Source: a virus. Taken from it: DNA of 39,500 bases. A program made the translations under genes and the position numbers. The notes under the pieces were generated by a model that saw nothing but the letters and a program-made list of their open reading frames with translations, had not been told where the DNA came from and did no database searches. Positions 15,535 to 21,916 of the stretch are shown here, one piece after another (the stretch's first letter is position 1; each line of letters opens with the position of its first letter). The DNA is taken from UHGV virus genome UHGV-0205585; one strand, written 5' to 3'.

Positions 15535-15820
15535 TTGTCAACCAACAAAATTTTGGTTGACAAATCGTAGACAAAAGTGCAAAACATAGATGTAGCATGA
15601 CTAAAAACCGCTATAATTACGGGTTAATAGCGCAACAGTTTCAACGTGCCCACTTTGTGCAAATATTGTGTCATGTAATATTTTATCATATTGTATTATA
15701 TTTTCTCTCTTTTTTAAATTCATTGTTTAAGCGATACTAATTGTTAAATTATATTATATCATAATGTTGGGTGTTTTGCAGTATTTTATGTGCGGTTGAC
15801 AAATGGTAGACATTGTCGAC
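15535..15820. mobile_element. attP with a replacement 3' end of an RlmD/RumA-type RNA methyltransferase gene
   Basis: Minus strand 15651-15601 reads GHVETVALLTRNYSGF*. Arm-type repeats GGTTGACAAATSGTAGACA lie at 15555 and 15794, with an inverted copy at 15535. Confidence 0.8.
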
Positions 15821-15889
15821 TAAGATTCCATTTATTCCCATTGTGTTTCATTCTTCAAAAAAGTATATTAAATATAAATAATTACTTTT

Positions 15890-16162
15890 ATGGAGAAAAT
15901 TATGGAAAGAAAAATTATAGATATAGAAGTGGAATTTCGCACCCTCCTGGGGGACGCTAAAGAACCTGTACTGGTCAGAACACTGCCGGATACGGCAGAC
16001 AGCAATTATTATAAGATATTAAACGCTAAGAGCATGCATAAAAGATACCACCGTGGAGAATGCATAGGAGTTATTGCATGTACCGTTGCAATGCATGGGA
16101 AGCCAGTAAACGCGCTTCTGCTGCACTACCCAGAGAAGTCTATATGGAAGCTTGTTATTTAG
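15890..16162 (+). CDS. Hypothetical accessory protein
   Basis: GGAG RBS before the second Met; followed by a terminator. Confidence 0.65.
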   Translation: MEKIMERKIIDIEVEFRTLLGDAKEPVLVRTLPDTADSNYYKILNAKSMHKRYHRGECIGVIACTVAMHGKPVNALLLHYPEKSIWKLVI

Positions 16163-16190
16163 CCCTGGTTAAATCCGGGGCTTTCTTTTT
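16161..16190 (+). terminator. Intrinsic terminator
   Basis: AGCCCTGG...CCGGGGCT followed by TTCTTTTT. Confidence 0.7.
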
Positions 16191-16255
16191 ACCATTTATT
16201 ACCATTATATTACTAATAACTGGTATGATAAACTACATACATGGAGGGGATTGTT

Positions 16256-16705
16256 ATGGATAGAGAAAATATAGATATTTTAAATAGTCTTATTGCCGAA
16301 ATTGACAAACAGCGTAGAGATATTATATACAAGAAGATTCTGCGAAAACGATTGATAAAGACAGTTTCCATAATCCTTGTATTTGCATTACTTTTATTTA
16401 TGCCCATAGAAGCCGCCTATCTGCAGGAACCAGAATTTGTCCTGCTGGATTCCGAGCACAACATAGATCAGAACGGGAATTGCGTGGTACATGCTATTGT
16501 AAGGCATGTGAACTTCGATAGGCAGATCGTAAGCGCTGCTACCGGGATGACTGCCAGGCACCAGGTTAAGTTTAACGATCTGCGTAAGTACCGGACGATT
16601 ATATATATGTATAGGAATATCTTTGATTATGTGGGAGGGAAGCCGTTTAAGACTGTACACATGTACTCGGATTCTAAATTTGTACATATGCCAAAAGATA
16701 ATTGA
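16256..16705 (+). CDS. Membrane-anchored hypothetical protein
   Basis: GGAGGGG RBS; one TM segment (VSIILVFALLLFMP) followed by a soluble domain. Confidence 0.7.
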   Translation: MDRENIDILNSLIAEIDKQRRDIIYKKILRKRLIKTVSIILVFALLLFMPIEAAYLQEPEFVLLDSEHNIDQNGNCVVHAIVRHVNFDRQIVSAATGMTARHQVKFNDLRKYRTIIYMYRNIFDYVGGKPFKTVHMYSDSKFVHMPKDN

Positions 16706-16841
16706 CAAATCTGGTGGATAATATTATACTATTAGTGTATTAACAACTATTGTTAATACATATGACTCATAGCCCGGAATCCATATCCGGGCTATACCTG
16801 TTTCTTTGCATAATAATAGCCCCAGAATATACAGGGGCTAT
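16702..16841 (+). ncRNA. Putative orphan small RNA
   Basis: TTGACA-17-TATACT promoter followed by hairpins at 16736-16760, 16769-16795 and 16816-16841; no ORF. Confidence 0.45.
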
Positions 16842-16851
16842 AAGATACTTA

Positions 16852-17226
16852 TTAATTCTTGGTAATAGCAGCAAGCAAATTTTGCTGGTCTTCCGAGCTT
16901 GCTGTGTCATCGTCTAACATGGAAGCTCCACTCATTACATAAGCTACAAGTCGCCTATTGTATCTGTCCTTCTCTGCTTCCGCGTCAATATTGGTGTTAA
17001 TTTTTTCCCATTTGTTCAGAAGCAAATTTCTGTATGCGGATAGCTTTTGCGGTGCATGTGTAATGTCTGCTGTTGTATGCGGTGCATTTTTTAAGTGCCC
17101 GTATGTATTAATATTGTTATATAACAACCCCATAGCATAGCAGTATGTAGCACGATCATACGGGATATTTTCTACTTCTTCCTCTGCTCCATTTTTAAAA
17201 ATATTTCTTAGTTCTTCAATTTTCAT
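16852..17226 (-). CDS. 124-aa helical protein resembling Cas11/the C-terminal domain of type I-B Cas8b; candidate anti-CRISPR
   Basis: GGAGG RBS; Y.YAMG.L...H...L.NKW.K.N..I...R...LVA.V...Q.NLLA pattern; directly downstream of the mini-CRISPR array. Confidence 0.5.
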   Translation of the reverse strand: MKIEELRNIFKNGAEEEVENIPYDRATYCYAMGLLYNNINTYGHLKNAPHTTADITHAPQKLSAYRNLLLNKWEKINTNIDAEAEKDRYNRRLVAYVMSGASMLDDDTASSEDQQNLLAAITKN

Positions 17227-17247
17227 CTCTCGTCCTCCATTTTATAC

Positions 17248-17282
17248 GAAAAGCCCCAGAAAACTATAGTCCAGGGCTTTTC
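17248..17282. terminator. Bidirectional terminator-like hairpin closing the mini-array
   Basis: GAAAAGCCC...GGGCTTTTC with flanking A and T tracts. Confidence 0.65.
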
Positions 17283-17310
17283 TTTTTTTATACTATTAAT
17301 CAATATAAAT

Positions 17311-17453
17311 GTTTCAATACGCCATGCGTTACGTTTAATTTTTTGAAACAACAAACTTAAATTAGCCTATATTTCAAAACAACTTATGTTACTATTAATT
17401 AATTAAGATATGGATTTACCAGATTTAAATACAAAATGATGTTAATATTTATG
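17311..17453 (-). CRISPR. Degenerate mini-CRISPR array: 3 type I-B-like repeats, spacers of 22 and 30 nt
   Basis: Minus-strand repeats CATAAATATTAACATCATTTTGTATTTAAAT, AATTAATAGTAACATAAGTTGTTTTGAAAT and AATTAAACGTAACGCATGGCGTATTGAAAC. Confidence 0.7.
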
Positions 17454-17458
17454 CCGTA

Positions 17459-17487
17459 ATTATACAGCATATTACTTTCTGTGTCAA
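17459..17487 (-). promoter_or_regulatory. Consensus promoter of the mini-array
   Basis: TTGACA-17-TATAAT; predicted start near 17452, at the beginning of the first repeat. Confidence 0.8.
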
Positions 17488-17509
17488 TTGCAACGCTTTT
17501 TATCTAAAT

Positions 17510-17761
17510 TTATTTAATTTTAATGCCCGTATCCCAGCATCCAAACACTAGATTATGCCCGTAGGTAGTACTTCTATTTCCGGTTCCATAAGTAACCATT
17601 AAACAACCATTTGTCGCAAGTGTTATTCCTGTAATTCCTCTTCTGGTTATTCCGTCCAGCCAAGAGTCTTCTACCTTTCGCCATCCTACTATTTCCCCTG
17701 TTTCTAGGTCGAATTTTTCGTCTAAAATATTCCATGTTCCATCTGTGTTTTTTGCTTTCAT
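17510..17761 (-). CDS. 83-aa hypothetical protein; candidate Acr
   Basis: GAGG RBS; promoter TTTACA-17-TATACT overlapped by an operator; divergent HTH gene. Confidence 0.7.
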   Translation of the reverse strand: MKAKNTDGTWNILDEKFDLETGEIVGWRKVEDSWLDGITRRGITGITLATNGCLMVTYGTGNRSTTYGHNLVFGCWDTGIKIK

Positions 17762-17812
17762 ATTATCCTCTTTTCTTCCGGTTCTCCCGGTTTCTGTTCT
17801 TTAATTGTCTTT

Positions 17813-17930
17813 AGTATACACCTGTTTTGAGTGAATGTAAATATGGAATATTCACTAAATTTGAGTGTATGTTTTTAGCAATTATATACACCTATTATAA
17901 GTTGATATGTTTTGCGTGATGTGGTATTCT
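17813..17930. promoter_or_regulatory. Divergent promoters with three ATWCAC-N9-GTGWAT-type operators
   Basis: Operators at 17816-17836, 17850-17870 and 17886-17906 (degenerate). Minus promoter 17841-17813; plus promoter TTGATA-17-TATTCT at 17902-17930. Confidence 0.7.
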
Positions 17931-17952
17931 ATTATAAAAAGGAGTTTTTAAG

Positions 17953-18183
17953 ATGATAAAATATAAAATTGAAGTCATTCCCGAATTAAAGAAGCGCGGT
18001 TATAGCGCATACCGGATTAGAAAAGAAAAAATTATAGGGGAGTCACAAATGCAAAAAATCCGTGATGGAGAACTTGCATCGAAAGAAGTTTTAAACAAAA
18101 TATGTGAGATGTTAAATTGCCAGCCCGGTGATCTGCTGGAATATATACCGGATGAACAAAAAAAGAAGACCCCTGAGGAATAA
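17953..18183 (+). CDS. Cro/C1-type HTH (HTH_26) regulator, Aca-like
   Basis: LKKRGYSAYRIRKEKIIGESQMQKIRDG...LNKICEMLNCQPGDLLEY. Confidence 0.85.
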   Translation: MIKYKIEVIPELKKRGYSAYRIRKEKIIGESQMQKIRDGELASKEVLNKICEMLNCQPGDLLEYIPDEQKKKTPEE

Positions 18184-18259
18184 TCCACAGGGGTTTTAGT
18201 TCGCAAATACATGCCGACTAATATTATATTGCTTGCCGGTCAAACCGTTTATGTCATTT

Positions 18260-18529
18260 TCAGAACAGTCTCTTCATAACACTTTCGGCTATTCCGTTTG
18301 TATCAAATACTAGCGGAACATCCTTCAATCTGTTGTCATTTTGCTTATACATTTTAAGGAAGTCCAATATGGTAACTCCTGTAACTTCGTCTGTATTCAT
18401 ATCCCTCATAACCACTATATTATCAGGGTCTTCGTCTCCGTAGGAATTAGAATTATCCCCGCATGAATAATAAAGAACATCATTGGCTTTATCGTAGTTA
18501 ATATTATTTTCGATATATTTCACTGCCAA
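18260..18529 (-). CDS. DUF2283 family protein
   Basis: YDKANDVLY...IVVMRD..T.EVTGVTILDF. Confidence 0.75.
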   Translation of the reverse strand: MAVKYIENNINYDKANDVLYYSCGDNSNSYGDEDPDNIVVMRDMNTDEVTGVTILDFLKMYKQNDNRLKDVPLVFDTNGIAESVMKRLF

Positions 18530-18833
18530 TTCCCCCTTTTATTTGCTTCTGTGGCCAAGCAGATACTACAGAACATATATTTCCTTCATTTTTTTGAGTT
18601 ACCACTTTAGTATATGCGTCATATGACGATATGCTTGATTGCTTAAAGTAAACATTTCTTGCTGGATGTTGATTGCTTTCATATATTACATCTGGATCTT
18701 CTATGGTATCTTTCACAGCATTAAGGTTGTTAGACATAATCGCATGTCCTGATGTTATATGCCCTGTCCAGGTGGTATCGGAGCATATAACTTTATCGCC
18801 TAATATGTCTACAGTTTCTATAACGTTCCCCAT
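18504..18833 (-). CDS. RelE/DUF4258-like putative ribonuclease toxin
   Basis: W..HI..GH...VKDTIEDPDVIY...R.VYFK...KVV...VVSAW; overlaps the DUF2283 gene. Confidence 0.55.
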   Translation of the reverse strand: MGNVIETVDILGDKVICSDTTWTGHITSGHAIMSNNLNAVKDTIEDPDVIYESNQHPARNVYFKQSSISSYDAYTKVVTQKNEGNICSVVSAWPQKQIKGGIGSEIYRK

Positions 18834-18844
18834 ATTACTGCCTG

Positions 18845-19144
18845 CTATACATTCTTAAAGTTTGGGATAGATCCGTACTCTTTCTCGTATGAGTCTAAAT
18901 TCCCTTCCAGCAATGTTTTCATAGCTTTAGCCATCTGCGGGCTCATTCTAATTATTATTTCATTATCTACATCTTTATGCTGACTACTATCCTTGCCCTC
19001 GTATATAAATTCTCTTTTAAATTGCAAACAGAAATCAAAAAAAGTGTTGCTGATTGTTAATCCATTTGCATATACTTCATTTCTTACCTCTTTGTTATCA
19101 TCGGTATTTGCTGCTGTTGCTGAAACTTCATTTTTGTTCTCCAT
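18845..19144 (-). CDS. DUF3467 family protein
   Basis: VYANG...DF.LQF...IRMSPQMAK.M..LL..NL..YEKEYGSI; own promoter TTGAAT-17-TATAAT (19202-19174). Confidence 0.7.
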   Translation of the reverse strand: MENKNEVSATAANTDDNKEVRNEVYANGLTISNTFFDFCLQFKREFIYEGKDSSQHKDVDNEIIIRMSPQMAKAMKTLLEGNLDSYEKEYGSIPNFKNV

Positions 19145-19256
19145 ACACTTATCCTCCACGCATTTTTTTCTTAATTATAACCTATATTCTTTTTCTATTC
19201 AACTAAAAGAACCTGCGCAAGGCTGTTTAAAATATGGCGAGAACAAACATCCGCCG

Positions 19257-20780
19257 TTAAGCCCTTATAATATATTTTTCCGCAATAAACCCGGAATACT
19301 TCTTATCTATTAGAATCTGGTACCACCCGGATTCTTTATTAATAACATCTACCAAATTCCCTTTATTAAGCTTTGGATATCCCACAATGTTGCCGTAGTT
19401 TTCCCCTGGTCCTTTGCGGACATTTACCCCGTCTCCGGTGCACTTTCCAACCCAGATAGAATTGTCCGTTCCTTTTACAATGGCATCAAATCCGGCTCCC
19501 TTAATTTGCCTTACCAGCATGTCAGCATTCTTCTTATTAGAGAATACACCACACTGCACCTTATACTGTCCTGCCTCTTCTTTTACGATAGCGTCAAAGC
19601 CCTTATTCTTTAGGACTGCCGCCAAGCTATTTGCCAGCTTCTTATCCTTGTAGCTGCCAGCCTGTACTTTATAAGTACCGGTTTGATCCGGTTCCGGCTG
19701 TGGCGCCGGTATCGGTTTATGTTGCTCTTCTTTCGTGCCGATTATAGCCTCCAGGATATTTAAAATCTTGCCGCCGTATCCACTGCCGGCAGCCCATCCT
19801 TTGCCTTTTGGATTCTCCTGGATACCCAGCCATTCTACATACTCGGCACAGCCTCTTTCTACAAAATTAAAGCGTGGATCTACGCACTCTTTCTTTAAAG
19901 GCTCTGTACAGGCGTAGGCTTTAAGATGCTGGATCTGCGCCCGGATACCGGTCTTTGTGTTGGGGAAAGAATTACCTTTCATGCCGTTTGCTGTAACCCC
20001 CATACCGCAAAAGTTGTTTTGATCCAGTGTGACGGCGCTTTCTTTAAAAGTAAAGTTCCCGGTTTCCAGGCAGCTTTGTGCAAATGCTATATCTCCCCGG
20101 ATTCCTTCAGCCTTGCCCTCTTGGATGTACTGCGAGACCGTATCCAATACCGATTGTGCGACATTGGAATTTTTAGACTTAATATACGTCTGCATCTGCT
20201 CTGCTGTAGCGGCTGTTTTACCAGTAATCTTTGTGCCGGTTACCGATGCGCTCCCGGAAAGCTTCTTTTTAAATGCCTGCCATGCAGATTCATTCAGGAC
20301 ATAAGGATTTGGGCAGATCTTCCCGTTTACATCATAGTGGCGGATAACCCGGTCAACTGGAATCCCATATTTTTGCATCAGCATCTTTGTTAACTCTATG
20401 GTTGCTTTTACTGTAGCTTCTTCGTAATACCAATCCTGGTCATTGGCATTCATGGAGGTAGTGCTACGCTTTCGGACACACATCTCTATATTTAAAGTAT
20501 TGTAATTATTTGCCTTGCCGTAGAATGCTCCGCCGCCGCTTCCCTGTCTGCCACCGCCTACGCTCCATGCTCCGTTGCTGTCTTCCACGCTCTGCCAGAC
20601 CTCTCCCGAAAATCCTACATAGTAATGTGCACTGGCTCCAACATCTCCGCTGGCATAGTAAGTACAGTTTGCTTCAGCTCCGCCCAGGGCGCCGACATAG
20701 TGTATAACAATGTACTGTATGCCTTGCCCGTTCCTGCCGTTGTAATGGTTATATGGTGTGATTTTCTTATTTATGTTCAT
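19257..20780 (-). CDS. Endolysin: Amidase_2 + glucosaminidase-like + 2x SPOR + SH3
   Basis: IVIHY..ASAHY..RHYDV..KICP; AFAQSCLETG..NNFCGMG; YKVQ.G.F repeats; GVNVRKGPG. Confidence 0.9.
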   Translation of the reverse strand: MNINKKITPYNHYNGRNGQGIQYIVIHYVGALGGAEANCTYYASGDVGASAHYYVGFSGEVWQSVEDSNGAWSVGGGRQGSGGGAFYGKANNYNTLNIEMCVRKRSTTSMNANDQDWYYEEATVKATIELTKMLMQKYGIPVDRVIRHYDVNGKICPNPYVLNESAWQAFKKKLSGSASVTGTKITGKTAATAEQMQTYIKSKNSNVAQSVLDTVSQYIQEGKAEGIRGDIAFAQSCLETGNFTFKESAVTLDQNNFCGMGVTANGMKGNSFPNTKTGIRAQIQHLKAYACTEPLKKECVDPRFNFVERGCAEYVEWLGIQENPKGKGWAAGSGYGGKILNILEAIIGTKEEQHKPIPAPQPEPDQTGTYKVQAGSYKDKKLANSLAAVLKNKGFDAIVKEEAGQYKVQCGVFSNKKNADMLVRQIKGAGFDAIVKGTDNSIWVGKCTGDGVNVRKGPGENYGNIVGYPKLNKGNLVDVINKESGWYQILIDKKYSGFIAEKYIIRA

Positions 20781-20799
20781 ATTTTTTTACCTGCCCTTT

Positions 20800-21288
20800 C
20801 TACTCTGCAAATACCCAATCTTCTGCCAACATATCCGCTTGACTTGCAAGCCACCCCATCTGTACGCCAGATGTTCCTACAAAAGCAATTGCCATGTTGC
20901 CTATGCTGTCATGATTGCAGTTAACGATGCACCCTTCCGCGTTTTGATAGCTTATATTCTTTGCCAGCTCGATATATTGTTTTTTGCCGTTCCAGCCTTT
21001 ACGGGCTACTTTAAGACCTCTTTTTAGGTATTTAATGGCATCGGAAAAACTAAAAGTTGCTGTACCTCCAAGCGCCGGAGTATTGCTGTTATCCGCGATG
21101 ATAAATTCATCAGAAGCCATATTTTCAAACGTGTACTGCGGTCGCTGTGTATCCAATAGATTTATAATCTCTCCGTCCTTTGTGTGCATCATTATAGTTT
21201 CGTCTTCCCATGCCCAATACCCTTCCCAGCTAGGAAGTTTTACCTTTGCTCCTTTTCGCATTGCCTCAAATGCTTCTCTAAAATTCAT
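20800..21288 (-). CDS. Tandem DUF2829 (Tad2-like) protein
   Basis: MNFREAFEAMRKGAKV...SDEF and FSFSDAIKYLKRGLKVARKGWNGK...WLASQADMLAEDW. Confidence 0.8.
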   Translation of the reverse strand: MNFREAFEAMRKGAKVKLPSWEGYWAWEDETIMMHTKDGEIINLLDTQRPQYTFENMASDEFIIADNSNTPALGGTATFSFSDAIKYLKRGLKVARKGWNGKKQYIELAKNISYQNAEGCIVNCNHDSIGNMAIAFVGTSGVQMGWLASQADMLAEDWVFAE

Positions 21289-21327
21289 ATATTTTACCTT
21301 CCTTTCCAAAAAAGAAAAGAGAGCGAT

Positions 21328-21534
21328 TTACTCGCCCTCTGTGATTTCCGGTAATCCAGCTACCGAAGTTAATACCGACAATACCCCAGCCAATGCCGCT
21401 GTAGATCCAACCATTACCCAGTTAACATCTCCCATAGCTGCCGTTGTACCAATGCTGGCAATCGTTGCCTGCGCTACCGTTTTAATCGCTCTAACTGCCG
21501 CTGCTTTTAACCAATTCTTTGTAAATTTACCCAT
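21328..21534 (-). CDS. Holin (r1t type)
   Basis: WLKAAAVRAIKTVAQ...LAGVLSVLTSVAGLPE. Confidence 0.9.
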   Translation of the reverse strand: MGKFTKNWLKAAAVRAIKTVAQATIASIGTTAAMGDVNWVMVGSTAALAGVLSVLTSVAGLPEITEGE

Positions 21535-21550
21535 TTTAAATCCTCTCTTT

Positions 21551-21865
21551 CTATAAGTATTGGGCTACCATTAAGATAAACCCGGTTGCCAGTGCCCCCG
21601 CTACTACGGAAACGATTGTTGTAAACGCTGTCTTCTTTGCACTATTCCAACGCTCTGCCGGTTCGTTTTCCAACTTCTGCAGCCGGTCTCCCTGCTTTTT
21701 CTGTTCTTCCATCATCGTTTTCATATTTAATGCCAGTTCTTTGACCGACATTGCCAGTTCCTGTATACACTTTTGCTGCGCTTCCAAATCTGCCACACGG
21801 GCTTTTAAAGATCTGCTATCCTTTCCAAGCTCCGCTATTTTTACTGCCACTTCTTCATCATTCAT
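21551..21865 (-). CDS. Coiled-coil plus C-terminal TM lysis accessory (XhlA-like)
   Basis: Heptad region followed by a TM helix; directly upstream of the holin. Confidence 0.7.
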   Translation of the reverse strand: MNDEEVAVKIAELGKDSRSLKARVADLEAQQKCIQELAMSVKELALNMKTMMEEQKKQGDRLQKLENEPAERWNSAKKTAFTTIVSVVAGALATGFILMVAQYL

Positions 21866-21916
21866 ATGTCCCTCTCTCCTGTCTATAAATTTGCAAAATA
21901 AAAAGACCTTTCGGCC

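Noticed and set aside
16736..16760. Additional CRISPR repeat in the orphan sRNA hairpin
   Set aside because: Partial similarity to the middle repeat, but it lacks the 3' handle and is explained by an AT-rich palindrome.
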